64,000 nucleotides of DNA from Candidatus Omnitrophota bacterium (GTDB lineage: Bacteria > Omnitrophota > JACPQZ01): assembly GCA_016190205.1 (NCBI GenBank), contig JACPQZ010000045.1:33923-97922 (forward strand). The letters are read 5' to 3'. Position numbers and translations under genes: made by a program. Under the pieces are notes generated by a model. The model made no database searches. It was not told the origin of the DNA and was given only the letters and a program-made list of their open reading frames with translations. Positions 1 to 10,095 of this stretch are shown piece by piece (position 1 is the stretch's first letter; every line of letters begins with the position of its first letter).

Positions 1-391
1 AACCCAAACAAATTCCAAACCCTGGTGTTTAGGTCATTGGGATTTAGGATTGGGAGCTTGTTTGGGATTTGTGATTTGTTATTTGGGATTTTTCTGAAGG
101 CCCCTGCCGCCCACCCACTGGCCCAGAACTGCGGTAGCAATGAGAATCGGGATAGCCCAATAGGGGCAATGGGAAAGTATCCTGAAGGCGATAACCAGGG
201 GAACGGGCAGGTGGATGTAAAGCCACCACTGAAACGAGAATTTTTTGGCGCGCGCACGCAGCCGTCCGAACGGAAGATTGAGGATGAAGGTAAATACCAT
301 AAGTCCTGCTACGAGCCATAGGGAATGCGTGTGCATGTGATCTCCTGTTTTGGCAGACTGGCAGACACCCTAGGGTGTCTGCCTACTGATT

Positions 392-838
392 TTGCCGGCG
401 ACTGCCATTTGCGAGCCGCCTCGAAATCGTGTTATTATACCCCAAATCCCATCTATGGAAGAAAAGGAAGCGCACTATCACAGGGGAGTGACCCTTTACG
501 GTCAGGAGGACATCAACGGGGCCCTGGCAGAGTACGAGAGGGCCTTGGAGATGGATCCTCACTATGTGGACGCCCTTTTGGGGGCGGCCGTAGCCTGCGA
601 TCGCACAGGCCGGTTGGATCACGCGGTGGCATTCACGCTCCGGGCCGTGCGGATCGACCCTGAAAATCTCCTGGCGCACACCTCACTCTCCCTGTTTTTT
701 CAGAAGCTGGGGATGACACGGTCGGCTGAAGAGACGCAATCTGTAGCGCGGATTCTTGCCTGGAAGGAGGAGGCGCGCGTCAAGCGCGAGTCTCCACCCC
801 AAGACACCAGCGGCGAGAGTCCGTTCAACATACTTTAG
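392..838 (+). CDS. TPR-repeat protein
   Basis: Translation shows tetratricopeptide-like A/L/Y periodicity (AEYERALEMDPHYVDALLGAAVA...). No catalytic motif. Confidence 0.45.
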   Translation: MPATAICEPPRNRVIIPQIPSMEEKEAHYHRGVTLYGQEDINGALAEYERALEMDPHYVDALLGAAVACDRTGRLDHAVAFTLRAVRIDPENLLAHTSLSLFFQKLGMTRSAEETQSVARILAWKEEARVKRESPPQDTSGESPFNIL

Positions 839-847
839 AAGGTAAAA

Positions 848-1147
848 ATGGCTACCGAAGACGAAGTGATAGGTGCGTTAAAAACCGTTTATGATCCCGA
901 GATCCCGGTAAATATCTATGACTTGGGTCTCATTTACCATGTCGGGATCGAGGGAGGCTCGGTCACCATCGACATGACGCTCACCTCGGCCCACTGTCCA
1001 GCAGCCCAAAGTCTTCCCGACCTTGTACGACAGAAGGTCAGCCGCCTCAACGGGGTCTTAAATACGGATGTCAACCTGGTATGGGACCCGCCCTGGACCC
1101 AGGAACGGATCAGCTTGGAAGGAAGAATGCGCCTGGGGATCGACTGA
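848..1147 (+). CDS. DUF59/MIP18-family metal-sulfur cluster assembly protein (SufT/PaaD-like)
   Basis: About 99 aa with the typical 'VYDPEIPVNIYDLGLIY...GxVxIxMTLTSxxCP' signature of the DUF59 family. Confidence 0.6.
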   Translation: MATEDEVIGALKTVYDPEIPVNIYDLGLIYHVGIEGGSVTIDMTLTSAHCPAAQSLPDLVRQKVSRLNGVLNTDVNLVWDPPWTQERISLEGRMRLGID

Positions 1148-1152
1148 AATCC

Positions 1153-1374
1153 ATGCCTCGGCTCCAGTGTAAGATCTTGAAAGAGCGCTGTGCCGGTTCA
1201 GGAGTCTGCGTGTCGGTTGCGCCGTATGTCTTTTCGCTGGATGAGGACGGCAAGGCGGCCGTCGCCGATCTGAACGGGGCAGATGAAGACACGCTCATCG
1301 AGGCCAGCCAGGGTTGTCCCACCTCTGCCATCCTGCTGATTGACACGGAAACCGGGGAAGCCGTATGCCCGTAG
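1153..1374 (+). CDS. Single-cluster ferredoxin (Fer4_13/15 type)
   Basis: Internal ATG at 1153. Cys spacing C-x6-C-x5-C ... C-terminal CP, and a '[19 protein letters not shown]' motif typical of small [3Fe/4Fe-4S] ferredoxins. Stop overlaps the acs start. Confidence 0.55.
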   Translation: MPRLQCKILKERCAGSGVCVSVAPYVFSLDEDGKAAVADLNGADEDTLIEASQGCPTSAILLIDTETGEAVCP

Positions 1375-3311
1375 AACTCGAATCTCTGCTCATGGAATCG
1401 CGTGTCTTTGATTCTCCCCAAGCCTTCCGCGAGCACGCAACCATCCGCGACGCGAACATCTGGAAAGAGTCAGACCGCGAGTTCGAGGACTTCTGGGCCC
1501 GCTGGGCGACGGAACTGTCCTGGTTTAGGAAATGGGACCGCGTCTTGGATTGGAAGGCACCCAACGCCCGCTGGTTTGTGGGGGGACGGCTCAACGCGAG
1601 CGTCAATTGCCTGGACCGGCACCTCACCACGCCGCGGCGCACGAAGGCCGCCCTCATCTGGGAAGGGGAGCCCGGGGAGCGCCGGACCCTGACGTACTGG
1701 GACCTCTACAGGCAAGTCCTACGTTTCGCCAATGCCCTGAAGGCTCTCGGCGTCAAACGGCAGGACCGCGTGGCGATTTATCTCCCCATGGTACCGGAAC
1801 TCGTGGTCGCTATGCTCGCCTGCGCGCGCATCGGCGCGGTCCACAGCGTCGTCTTTGCAGGTTTCAGCGCGGAGGCCCTCAAAGACCGTATCCAGGACTC
1901 AAGCGCGTGCCTTCTCATCACGGCGGACGCTTCTTACCGCCGGGGGAGGCTCATCCCCCTCAAGCGTTTTGCCGATGAGGCCGTGGCTCAATGCCCTTCG
2001 ATCCGCCGCGTCGTAGTGTTTAAGCGGAGCGGCATGGAGATCGAATTTAGCGCCAAACGCGATCTTTGGTGGCACGAGCTCATGCGCGAGACGGCCTGCG
2101 AATGCCCCCCCGAAGAGATGGATGCGGAAGACACGCTTTACATCCTATATACCTCGGGCACCACCGGAAAGCCCAAAGGCATCGTGCACACCACGGGCGG
2201 ATACCTGACAGGGGTGACCGCCACCACGCAGTGGGTCTTTGATCTCAAGGAGAATGATGTCTACTGGTGTACCGCCGACATCGGCTGGGTGACCGGTCAC
2301 AGTTACGTCGTGTACGGCCCGCTGGCGTGCGGCGCCACCGTCGTCATGTACGAAGGCGCTCCGGACTGGCCTGACCGCGGACGTTTTTGGAAAATGGTCG
2401 AGGAACACGGGGTATCCGTTTTTTACACCGCCCCGACCGCCATCCGTTCTTTCATGAAGTGGGGGGCCGAGTGGCCCGAGCGGCACGACCTTTCTTCCTT
2501 AAGGCTTTTGGGGACCGTGGGCGAGCCCATTAACCCCGAGGCCTGGGTGTGGTATTACAAAGCAATCGGCCGGGAGCAGTGTCCCATCGTCGACACCTGG
2601 TGGCAGACTGAAACCGGCATGATTATGATCACACCTCTGCCGGGCATCACCCGCATGAAGCCTGGTTCCGTCACCCGCCCTTTTCCGGGCATTCGGGCGG
2701 AGCTATTGAACGTGAAAGGCGAGCGCGTGGAGGAGGGGGGAGGGTATCTTGCCATCACGCGCCCGTGGCCGGCCATGCTGCGCTCGATCTACGGCGATCA
2801 CGACCGTTATGTCAAGGAGTATTGGTCCAAATGGAAGGGCGACATCTATTTTCCCGGCGACGGGGCCAAACGCGACCGTGACGGTGATTTCTGGATTCTG
2901 GGAAGGGTGGACGACGTCTTAAACGTGGCGGGCCACCGCATCGGAACGATGGAGGTGGAAAGCGCCCTGGTAGACCACCCTCGAGTGGCAGAGGCGGCCG
3001 TGGTCACCCGTCCGCATGATGTCAAGGGCGAGGCCATCGTGGCATTCGTAACCTTAAAAGAGGGGGGCGAGCACAATGACCACCTCTCCGGGGAAATCAG
3101 GGAACACGTGGCCAAAAAGATAGGGGCCTTTGCGCGGCCCGAGGAGGTGATCTTTTCACACGATCTCCCCAAGACGCGGTCGGGTAAAATCATGCGCAGG
3201 CTCTTGAGAGATATTGCGGCGGGAAAGGTGCTCGGCGACACGACCACCCTGGCTGATCCTGTCGTGGTGGCAGAACTTAAGGAACGCTATGAGGCACAGT
3301 ATGGAGCATAA
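1365..3311 (+). CDS. acs: Acetyl-CoA synthetase (AMP-forming)
   Basis: 648 aa with AMP-binding motif [11 protein letters not shown]. Acs-specific N-terminus (WARWA...) and a C-terminal '[17 protein letters not shown]' lysine-acetylation loop. Confidence 0.92.
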   Translation: MPVELESLLMESRVFDSPQAFREHATIRDANIWKESDREFEDFWARWATELSWFRKWDRVLDWKAPNARWFVGGRLNASVNCLDRHLTTPRRTKAALIWEGEPGERRTLTYWDLYRQVLRFANALKALGVKRQDRVAIYLPMVPELVVAMLACARIGAVHSVVFAGFSAEALKDRIQDSSACLLITADASYRRGRLIPLKRFADEAVAQCPSIRRVVVFKRSGMEIEFSAKRDLWWHELMRETACECPPEEMDAEDTLYILYTSGTTGKPKGIVHTTGGYLTGVTATTQWVFDLKENDVYWCTADIGWVTGHSYVVYGPLACGATVVMYEGAPDWPDRGRFWKMVEEHGVSVFYTAPTAIRSFMKWGAEWPERHDLSSLRLLGTVGEPINPEAWVWYYKAIGREQCPIVDTWWQTETGMIMITPLPGITRMKPGSVTRPFPGIRAELLNVKGERVEEGGGYLAITRPWPAMLRSIYGDHDRYVKEYWSKWKGDIYFPGDGAKRDRDGDFWILGRVDDVLNVAGHRIGTMEVESALVDHPRVAEAAVVTRPHDVKGEAIVAFVTLKEGGEHNDHLSGEIREHVAKKIGAFARPEEVIFSHDLPKTRSGKIMRRLLRDIAAGKVLGDTTTLADPVVVAELKERYEAQYGA

Positions 3312-3321
3312 GGGAGGAGCG

Positions 3322-3714
3322 ATGAACATTAGAAGGCAACTGTCCATCTTCGTGGAGAACCGGCCGGGGATGCTCGCGCGCGTCTGCGAAACCATGGCAA
3401 AGAAAAACGTCAACATCCTGGCCCTGGCCATTCAGGACAGCATCGACCATGCCGTCATCCGGATGGTCGTGGACAAGGCCACCGACGCCGCCCACATCCT
3501 GGGGGAGGCGGGGCTTTTGGTGATTGAGAAGGACATCCTCTTCGCAGAAGTCGAAAACCGCCCCGGCATACTGAGCGAAATTGCCGAGCGGTGCCGGGAC
3601 GCCAAGCTCAACATTGAATATGCCTATTGCACGGCAACCGAGAAACAAAAGACAGGATGTGTTATTATAAGCGTATCCGATCCTGAGCAAGCACTTAAAG
3701 TGATCAAACTCTAG
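3322..3714 (+). CDS. Tandem ACT-domain protein
   Basis: Two repeats of 'FVENRPGMLARV...' / 'AEVENRPGILSEI...', typical of ACT ligand-binding domains. RBS AGGGAGGAG lies upstream of the ATG at 3322, immediately after acs. Confidence 0.55.
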   Translation: MNIRRQLSIFVENRPGMLARVCETMAKKNVNILALAIQDSIDHAVIRMVVDKATDAAHILGEAGLLVIEKDILFAEVENRPGILSEIAERCRDAKLNIEYAYCTATEKQKTGCVIISVSDPEQALKVIKL

Positions 3715-3725
3715 GGAGGGGGTCA

Positions 3726-4118
3726 ATGAACAAGAGACATGTCTGGATCGTCAAGGTGATGGCGGTCGTTCTCATCGCGGCCCTGGCTGTTTTGGCGGGC
3801 CCGAGCGACGCCCGAGCCGGAAAATTTAGCGCCGAAAAATCTTTGGATAAATTCGGCCGCGGCTTGAGCAATACGGCCTTCGGCTGGATGGAAATACCGA
3901 ACCAGGTGGAAAAGACGTGGGTTGATAAAGGCGCCGGTCCCGCGTGGACGCTGGGCGTGGTCGAGGGGCTTGGCTGGGGAGTGGCCAGAACTGCGATTGG
4001 AGTCTATGAGGTGTTCAGCGCGCCATTTTCCGGGAAGGAAAATTACGAGCCCATTCTCACAGATCCGGTCTCGTTCCTAACGCCCCCCGCTGAGAAGGAC
4101 ATCGCCCGGGACATCTAG
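3726..4118 (+). CDS. Small secreted protein, paralogue family A (TIGR04073-like)
   Basis: Signal peptide followed by the conserved 'GKF..KFGRGLSNTAFGWMEIP...GV..G...GVARTAIGVYEVFSAPF' motif. Paralogues at 43028 and 55307 in this window. Confidence 0.5.
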   Translation: MNKRHVWIVKVMAVVLIAALAVLAGPSDARAGKFSAEKSLDKFGRGLSNTAFGWMEIPNQVEKTWVDKGAGPAWTLGVVEGLGWGVARTAIGVYEVFSAPFSGKENYEPILTDPVSFLTPPAEKDIARDI

Positions 4119-4130
4119 ATAATAGCGGCA

Positions 4131-4163
4131 TTCAAAACAAAAGCCCTCTGGGAACTATCAGAG
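4131..4163 (+). terminator. Rho-independent terminator
   Basis: AAAAGCCCTCTG-(loop)-CAGAGGGCTTTT hairpin directly after the stop at 4118. Confidence 0.6.
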
Positions 4164-4180
4164 GGCTTTTGTCGTCAAAT

Positions 4181-4250
4181 CACGAAGTCCACAGTCCACG
4201 GTCGACAGTAGACTCTCATCTCTTGCCGTGGACTGTGGTCTGTGGACTAC
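4181..4250. repeat. Palindromic heptamer-repeat element (GTCCACA class)
   Basis: cacgaag-gtccaca-gtccacg-gtcgaca-gtagact ... inverted partner gccgtgga-ctgtggt-ctgtgga-ctac. 7-nt periodicity with imperfect dyad symmetry. Confidence 0.5.
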
Positions 4251-4262
4251 TTTAATGTGTGC

Positions 4263-4808
4263 CTAAAACTTGATCTCGAGCTTTCGAAGCCAGCGATTGA
4301 GGGCGTAGCGGGAAATACCCAGGACCTCGGCCGCCTTCTGCTGGTTCCAGCTGCAATGGTTGAGGGCCTTCACGATGAGTTTGCGATAAATTTGATCCCT
4401 CGCCTCATCTAGATTAAGCCCGGTGAGGGTAAGCCGGGTGACATCAGAATCACCCGCCGCGCGGTTGACCGCCCGCACGAGCACCTCATTGCTAAACGGT
4501 TTGGCAACCACGTCAAAGGCCCCGAGTGAAGAGTAATATGTCGAATCGGGCCCATCCGCAAAGGCGCTCACGATGATAACCGGAAGATCCGGGTATTTCT
4601 TCTTAATGAGCTGGATGACTTCGGTTCCTTCCATCTTGGGCATGCGGATATCCAGAAGAACACAGCCGTAGCTTTTTCGTTCGAGGAAGGAAACGGCCTT
4701 CGGACTCTCCTGACAGTGGTCCGAAGCATACCCCGCGTGCTCCAGGACTTGCCTTACGGTGTCTGCAACCCCCTCGTCATCGTCTACAATTAGAACCGGT
4801 TTTGTCAT
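4263..4808 (-). CDS. Response regulator (receiver + Fis-type HTH)
   Basis: N-terminal 'KPVLIVDDDEGVADTVRQVLE' receiver with 'VLLDIRMPKMEG'. C-terminal 'WNQQKAAEVLGISRYALNRWLRK' Fis-family HTH. No sigma-54 AAA+ domain. Only convincing minus-strand gene in the window. Confidence 0.8.
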   Translation of the reverse strand: MTKPVLIVDDDEGVADTVRQVLEHAGYASDHCQESPKAVSFLERKSYGCVLLDIRMPKMEGTEVIQLIKKKYPDLPVIIVSAFADGPDSTYYSSLGAFDVVAKPFSNEVLVRAVNRAAGDSDVTRLTLTGLNLDEARDQIYRKLIVKALNHCSWNQQKAAEVLGISRYALNRWLRKLEIKF

Positions 4809-4925
4809 GTTGTCTATTATAGTCTTTTGCAGAAAATAAAAAAAGCGGATCATCGCCCTTTGTGGTAATATTTTATATTGAGCGTATATAGCTCATTCTG
4901 TTTAGAAAATGGGAAAAAACTGTTA

Positions 4926-6251
4926 ATGATTACAGATCAATGGGTTACTACAGGAAGCCTTCTCGTTTTAACGGCTATCTGCTTGTACTTGCTTTGGGCG
5001 CTCAATACCCGCTCTGCCAAGACCAGCACCCAATCGGGCCGGACTTCTGACCCTCGCCTTATCGTAGTAGAAGCGGCCAAACGTATGGTCGAGATAACTG
5101 ATCACGATGTCCTCCTGCGTCTCATTGCGAGGTACATGGAAGAGGCGGTGAACGTTTCGCAGATTGGACTTTTTTTCTGGGATGACGAGGTAGAAAAGTA
5201 CCGCTTGACTGTTCAGCGAGGCCGTTTCAAAGCCCCGAAAGACCACGATCAGTTTGGTCTTGAAAACCCGCTGGTCGACTGGTTTCAGCACAGGCAGTCG
5301 GTCTTATTTCCGGATCAGCGCTCACTCCTCTACGCAGACCTCATCAAGACCATGCGGGAAGACCTTTCCTTTCACGAAGGACGCGGGAACCTCGCGACCC
5401 TAAGGCTGGTCAAAAACGAAATGGACTCCTATCAATGCCAGTATATGATTCCCTGCTACTACAAGCACAGGCTCTTGGCCATCGTCATGCTGGGCGCCAA
5501 GCAGGACGGAACCCGGTACACGCAGGAGGAGCTCGACGCGCTCGAAACGCTTTCCAACATCGCAGCGATGGGGATCCGCAACAGCCAGCTTGTGGAAAAG
5601 CATCGCCGGACGAACGAAGAACTCAAAAAGGGGATCGAGGAAGTCGAGACCTTAAGGAAACGCGACATGGATCAGTTCTATCAGACCATTGTCACGCTGG
5701 CTGAGGCCGTCAATGCCAAAGATCAATATACGCATTCCCACCTGGAAGAGGTCGAGGCGCTGGGACAAAAGGTGGCCGAGCGCATCTATCAGATCAAAGG
5801 GGTCCCCTTTGATTATGCCAAGCGCCACATCCTGTCCACTGCCCTAAAATTGCACGACCTCGGGAAGGTGGGCACTCCGGACCATATCCTCAAGAAGAAG
5901 GGGAGCCTGACCAACGAGGAATGGGTCACCATGCGCCTGCACCCCGAAGTGGGAGCCCGCATCCTTTCCCCGATACCTACCTTGCGCGAAGTGGCATACA
6001 TCATCCGGCACCACCACGAAAATTATGATGGGAGCGGGTATCCGGGACACCTCAAGGGAGAGGAGATCCCTCTGGAGGCGCGGATCATTTCTGTTGTGGA
6101 TACGTACCACGCCATCGTATCTACCCGTCCCTACCGAAAGGGTCAGCCCATGGAAATTGCGATTGAGGTCCTGCGCTCCATGGCAGGCAAGCAGTTCGAC
6201 CCTGAAGTAGTGGATGTCTTCGTTGACGTCGTGAAAAACCAGGCCGCCTAG
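4926..6251 (+). CDS. Membrane-anchored GAF / HD-GYP c-di-GMP phosphodiesterase
   Basis: One TM segment, a central GAF-like region, and a C-terminal HD-GYP signature 'HDLGKVGTPDHIL...HHENYDGSGYP'. Start placed at the ATG (MITDQW); an in-frame upstream TTG at 4878 is possible. Confidence 0.8.
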   Translation: MITDQWVTTGSLLVLTAICLYLLWALNTRSAKTSTQSGRTSDPRLIVVEAAKRMVEITDHDVLLRLIARYMEEAVNVSQIGLFFWDDEVEKYRLTVQRGRFKAPKDHDQFGLENPLVDWFQHRQSVLFPDQRSLLYADLIKTMREDLSFHEGRGNLATLRLVKNEMDSYQCQYMIPCYYKHRLLAIVMLGAKQDGTRYTQEELDALETLSNIAAMGIRNSQLVEKHRRTNEELKKGIEEVETLRKRDMDQFYQTIVTLAEAVNAKDQYTHSHLEEVEALGQKVAERIYQIKGVPFDYAKRHILSTALKLHDLGKVGTPDHILKKKGSLTNEEWVTMRLHPEVGARILSPIPTLREVAYIIRHHHENYDGSGYPGHLKGEEIPLEARIISVVDTYHAIVSTRPYRKGQPMEIAIEVLRSMAGKQFDPEVVDVFVDVVKNQAA

Positions 6252-6255
6252 CCGT

Positions 6256-7194
6256 ATGATTTTCATGCGCCTAACCATCGTGTCACTTGCCCTTGTGCTC
6301 ACCGCGTGCGGCTGCGCAACTGCCTCCCGCCGGGGTGACGGCACGATGACGCTCGAGCCCGTCCGCTGGCATCATCAGGAGTTTCTGCTGGGAATCCGCT
6401 CCCTGACACCCCACGGGGCCGCGGAAATCCATGGCCTGCGCGTAGGGGATCTCATCCTGTCCGTGGACGGAGAGCCGGTGGGCGACAGGGAGGCCCTCGA
6501 GCGCAGGGTCCGGGAGGGACAGGGGCCCATCGAGCTTAACGTTTTATCCAGTGGAGTGGAGTGGTCGCATTCTCTGCCCGAGCAGTTCCGGACAACGGGG
6601 TTGGGAGTGGATGCCCAACCTAGTTACCGAACGGTTACAGAAAAAGGTGTCCCTCTAGCCATTGCAGAAGGGCGATTAGTCGTCGTGAGCGCATGGGCGC
6701 GCCAAAGTAAAGATCTCATGTTTGTCGACCTCCGCGTCGAAAATCTTAGCGACTCTACGATCGAGGTGACCCCGCGTGCGTTTACGCTTTTGGACAGCGG
6801 GCGGAAAGTCGTGCGGCCCTACCACCCCCGCGATCTGGCAGGATCCTACCTGAGTGGAGCGGAGCTTGCCCTGGATGAGGCGGATATCCACATGGGCGGG
6901 GCCGCCGGACGCAGACATTCCGTGAAGATCTCTTCCTTAGACCCCATCTCGGGGCTTATCTCCGCCCTCCTGGCCCTGCCTTTTCAAACAGCCGAAGCCT
7001 CCATCCGCGAGGCCCGTAAGGCCCAGGTGAAGGCAGAGGCCATTGTTGACAGGGCCTATGCGTTCGGCCCCCTTCCCGCGCGAGCCTCCCAGGAGGGGCT
7101 CCTTTTCTATCCCCACACGGACGAACTGCCCATAACACTTACCGTAACTATCGGGGAAGATCACCTCAATCTTGTTTTTATGGAACCGGCCTAA
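6256..7194 (+). CDS. Lipoprotein with PDZ domain
   Basis: Lipobox 'LVLTAC'. PDZ-like 'GAAEIHGLRVGDLILSVDGEPVGD'. No protease domain seen. Confidence 0.45.
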   Translation: MIFMRLTIVSLALVLTACGCATASRRGDGTMTLEPVRWHHQEFLLGIRSLTPHGAAEIHGLRVGDLILSVDGEPVGDREALERRVREGQGPIELNVLSSGVEWSHSLPEQFRTTGLGVDAQPSYRTVTEKGVPLAIAEGRLVVVSAWARQSKDLMFVDLRVENLSDSTIEVTPRAFTLLDSGRKVVRPYHPRDLAGSYLSGAELALDEADIHMGGAAGRRHSVKISSLDPISGLISALLALPFQTAEASIREARKAQVKAEAIVDRAYAFGPLPARASQEGLLFYPHTDELPITLTVTIGEDHLNLVFMEPA

Positions 7195-7199
7195 CCCAT

Positions 7200-7862
7200 A
7201 TGTCCCGCGCCGAAGACCTGCCCTTTGACCCCAGCCGTTTTTCCGGCAAGGTGCCCCTCTTTCCCTTGCCTGACGCCGTGCTCCTGCCGGGCCAGGAAAT
7301 GAAACTCTGTGTCTTCGAACTGCGTTACCGGGCCATGATCCAAACGGCACTCACCGGCGAACTCCTGGTCGGAATGGCCCTGTTAAAACCGGGGTGGGAG
7401 CCGCATTACCTCGAGTCGCCGGATATCTATCCCGTCATCTGCGTGGGATGGATACGTTCTCATGAGCGCCTGGATGACGGACGCTTTAACCTGGTTTTAA
7501 CGGGGCAGGAGCGGGCTAAGGTGGAGAGCGAGACGCAGAAAATTCCTTACCGCGTAGCCGAGGTCACCCTACTCAAAGACGAGGACCCTCACTCCGCTGA
7601 TGTGGAAAAAGACCGGAAATGGCTTATCCAGTGGATCGAGAAACGACTGCCACCTGATTCCTCGCTCAAGGATCTTTTCCGGAACCGCTGGTCCAAGCTC
7701 CCGCTCGGGCGCCTCGCGGACGCCGTCTCCGCCTCTCTTAAGGTCACGCCTGCGGTCAAATACAGCCTCCTGGAGGCTACAGCCGTAAACGAGCGCATTC
7801 AAAGGCTCCGCCCCCTGCTCAAGGGCATGAAAATGACGAGCGACGTCTGGAAAAAACCATGA
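7200..7862 (+). CDS. LON N-terminal (substrate-binding) domain protein
   Basis: 'PLFPLPDAVLLPGQEMKLCVFELRYRAMI' matches the Lon N-terminal/PUA-like domain. No AAA+ or protease domains follow. Confidence 0.6.
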   Translation: MSRAEDLPFDPSRFSGKVPLFPLPDAVLLPGQEMKLCVFELRYRAMIQTALTGELLVGMALLKPGWEPHYLESPDIYPVICVGWIRSHERLDDGRFNLVLTGQERAKVESETQKIPYRVAEVTLLKDEDPHSADVEKDRKWLIQWIEKRLPPDSSLKDLFRNRWSKLPLGRLADAVSASLKVTPAVKYSLLEATAVNERIQRLRPLLKGMKMTSDVWKKP

Positions 7863-7920
7863 AGCTTGAGCGCCTTGACCCATCCAGAAGGGCTATGATA
7901 TACTTTCAGTTACGAAGGGT

Positions 7921-8664
7921 TTGACGAAAAAGAAAGGGTCAATCATGAATAAAGGATCTATAGGAGTTGTCGTAACTATAGCCTGCGGTCTTATTATCCC
8001 TTATGCGCAGCAGGTTCAGGCAGAAGATACTGCAGCGACGAAAGTTCTCAAACAGGGCCTCGTGGGCGCCGGGGTAGGCGCCATCAGCGCCGAGGCCTCG
8101 GGCGGGAAGGCCGGGAAGGGGGCGCTCGTGGGCGCCGGGACGAACGTTATTGGAAGTGCGCTTCTGGACGCCTTGAGCGGCAGCAGCGCCCCTCCAGCAC
8201 CCGCACCTCCTCCTAGACCCCGTTATTATGAACAGCCACAACCCCAATACCAGGACCCGTATTACGAAGAAGAGTACTATGAGCCGGCGCCTCCTCCGCC
8301 GCCGCCTGCTCCACGGCGCGTGATCCGAAGGACGGCGCCTGCCCCTCAACCTGCTCAAAACCAATCCACAAAAATCCTCAAACAGGGCCTTGTGGGCGCC
8401 GGGGTAGGCGCCATCAGCGCCGAGGCCTCGGGCGGGAAGGCCGGGAAGGGGGCGCTCGTGGGCGCCGGGACGAACGTCCTCGGGAGCGCGCTCTTGGATT
8501 TTTTCAGCAATAGCTCCAGCCAGAACACACAGCAATACTACGAAGAGCCTGCCCAGCAGGAATACTATTACGAAGAAGAACAGCAGTACTACGACGACCA
8601 GGGCACGACTTCAGAAACCAGTCCCACGCGCCGGACTCGCCGCGTGATCCGACAGGGGTACTGA
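7921..8664 (+). CDS. Secreted Gly-zipper / Pro- and Tyr-Glu-rich repeat protein
   Basis: Signal peptide. Two copies of 'KILKQGLVGAGVGAISAEASGGKAGKGALVGAGTNV' (glycine-zipper-like), each followed by PPPAPPP and YYEEE low-complexity tracts. Confidence 0.5.
   Translation: MTKKKGSIMNKGSIGVVVTIACGLIIPYAQQVQAEDTAATKVLKQGLVGAGVGAISAEASGGKAGKGALVGAGTNVIGSALLDALSGSSAPPAPAPPPRPRYYEQPQPQYQDPYYEEEYYEPAPPPPPPAPRRVIRRTAPAPQPAQNQSTKILKQGLVGAGVGAISAEASGGKAGKGALVGAGTNVLGSALLDFFSNSSSQNTQQYYEEPAQQEYYYEEEQQYYDDQGTTSETSPTRRTRRVIRQGY
8044..8479 (+). repeat. Intragenic 103-bp near-perfect direct repeat (2 copies)
   Basis: 8044-8146 and 8377-8479 differ at only 2-3 nt. Spacing is 333 bp, so the copies are in frame. 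Confidence 0.85.
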
Positions 8665-8683
8665 CCTCGGGGTAACACCTCTT

Positions 8684-8788
8684 GTCGCTGGCCGCTGGTC
8701 GCTAGTCGCTGGCAAGCAAGAACCCCATCAGTTTAAAGACCGTTTCATTATGCTAGCGACCAGCGACTAGCGACTAGTTACTAGCGAC
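8684..8788. repeat. Palindromic heptamer-repeat element (GTCGCTG/AGCGAC class)
   Basis: gtcgctg-gccgctg-gtcgcta-gtcgctg ... loop ... ctagcga-ccagcga-ctagcga-ctagtta-ctagcga. The arms are reverse complements (for example gtcgctagtcgctgg). Confidence 0.5.
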
Positions 8789-8812
8789 GGGCGGTGATAA
8801 TAATCCGGCCAA

Positions 8813-8850
8813 CCACCCACCCAGGCCAGTAAGCCTGGGTGGGTTTTTTT
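8813..8850 (+). terminator. Rho-independent terminator
   Basis: CCACCCAGGC-cagtaa-GCCTGGGTGG followed by TTTTTTT. Confidence 0.6.
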
Positions 8851-8919
8851 ACGAAGCTCCCTTGACCTCATGCCTCCTCGAAGTCTATACTGCACTTAAA
8901 TCGAGGAGGCCAAAAAAAC

Positions 8920-9207
8920 ATGTTGGATGGATCGCGCACCAACCGGATTTTGCTGATTGTCATCCTCGCGCTCATACTGGCCGATTTTCTGAAGACCCAA
9001 TCATGCTCGAACGAGGCATGGGCACAGAACCTCCTGTCTCCCCACTTGAGTTTGGCGGTAGAAGGGGGGGCTTTTTTTATCTTGAGCCCGGAGGATAAGA
9101 TGATTTATGCCTATGACCGTCGGCAGGGAAAGCTCGGGCGGATTTACCACATTACGGAGCTCGCGCAGGATTTTACGATAAAGACGGGGGGATGGAAGTC
9201 TAACTGA
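8920..9207 (+). CDS. Hypothetical small membrane protein
   Basis: One TM helix. Stop overlaps the ATG of the downstream TonB-like gene (TGATG), suggesting translational coupling. Confidence 0.3.
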   Translation: MLDGSRTNRILLIVILALILADFLKTQSCSNEAWAQNLLSPHLSLAVEGGAFFILSPEDKMIYAYDRRQGKLGRIYHITELAQDFTIKTGGWKSN

Positions 9208-9848
9208 TGCTTGAAGACAAGGTCTTACGCGGGGCCCTCATCGTCTCGCTCGTCACCCACGGGGGGCTTTTCGCAACCGGTCACCCCTTGTGGGGCTTTA
9301 CCACGGTTAAAGAACTCCATGACCCCGAGATCATCTACTTTGCCCCTCCCTCCCCGCAGACCACGGTTATCATAACGAAACAAGTCCCGGAGGCTTCTTC
9401 CCAGGGGCTTGCCCAGTACCCCGTGAAGACCCCCGTCGAGCGGACACGGCCCGCCCCGAAAAAACCCAAGGCGGAAGTAAAATCACAATCCAAAGTTGAG
9501 AAGCCGCCCGCCGTCATCGAAATTCCAATCCCGGACGATCTTCCCTCCCAGTTCGTTCCTATTTTCGTGGATTACTACAAGGCGGTCCGGGCGCGCATCC
9601 TGCGCTACCTGGACTATCCCAACTCGGCGCGCACGCAAAAGATCGGAGGGGATGTGTGGCTGGCATTTGACCTGGATCGTCAGGGCAGATTGAGGGCGCT
9701 CAAACTGCAAAGGAGCGGGATCCACGAGCTCCTCAACGGAGCAGCTCTACAGAGCATCCGGGCCGCCTCTCCGTTTCCTGCCTTTCCATCCAACCTGCCT
9801 CAAGAGCGGATCACCTTCAATGTCCAAATTGAGTTTCAACTTGACTAG
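9207..9848 (+). CDS. TonB-family energy transducer (C-terminal domain)
   Basis: N-terminal TM, Pro-rich spacer, and a C-terminal 'YPNSARTQKIGGDVWLAFDLDRQGRL...LQRSG...L..AALQSI' TonB_C-like fold. Confidence 0.6.
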   Translation: MLEDKVLRGALIVSLVTHGGLFATGHPLWGFTTVKELHDPEIIYFAPPSPQTTVIITKQVPEASSQGLAQYPVKTPVERTRPAPKKPKAEVKSQSKVEKPPAVIEIPIPDDLPSQFVPIFVDYYKAVRARILRYLDYPNSARTQKIGGDVWLAFDLDRQGRLRALKLQRSGIHELLNGAALQSIRAASPFPAFPSNLPQERITFNVQIEFQLD

Positions 9849-9894
9849 AATGCACAAGCATGATACAACTAACTTAACGACATAAAGTTAGGGG

Positions 9895-10092
9895 GTGTTA
9901 GAAGGATTGCCAAAGGTAACGCTGCGCGAGGGTGAGTCCCTGGACAAGGCCCTGCGCCGGCTCAAAAAAAAGATAGAACGTGAGGGCATTTTAAAGACCC
10001 TCAAGGCCCGCAAACACTACGAAAAACCGAGCGTGCGCAAGCGCAGAAAAATGCGCGCGGCTCGAAAGAAGCAGACCAGATTCATAGGTTAG
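9895..10092 (+). CDS. rpsU: 30S ribosomal protein S21
   Basis: 'VTLREGESLDKALRRLKKKIEREGILKTLKARKHYEKPSVRKRRKMRAARKK' matches the S21 consensus. Confidence 0.8.
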   Translation: MLEGLPKVTLREGESLDKALRRLKKKIEREGILKTLKARKHYEKPSVRKRRKMRAARKKQTRFIG

Positions 10093-10095
10093 CGT

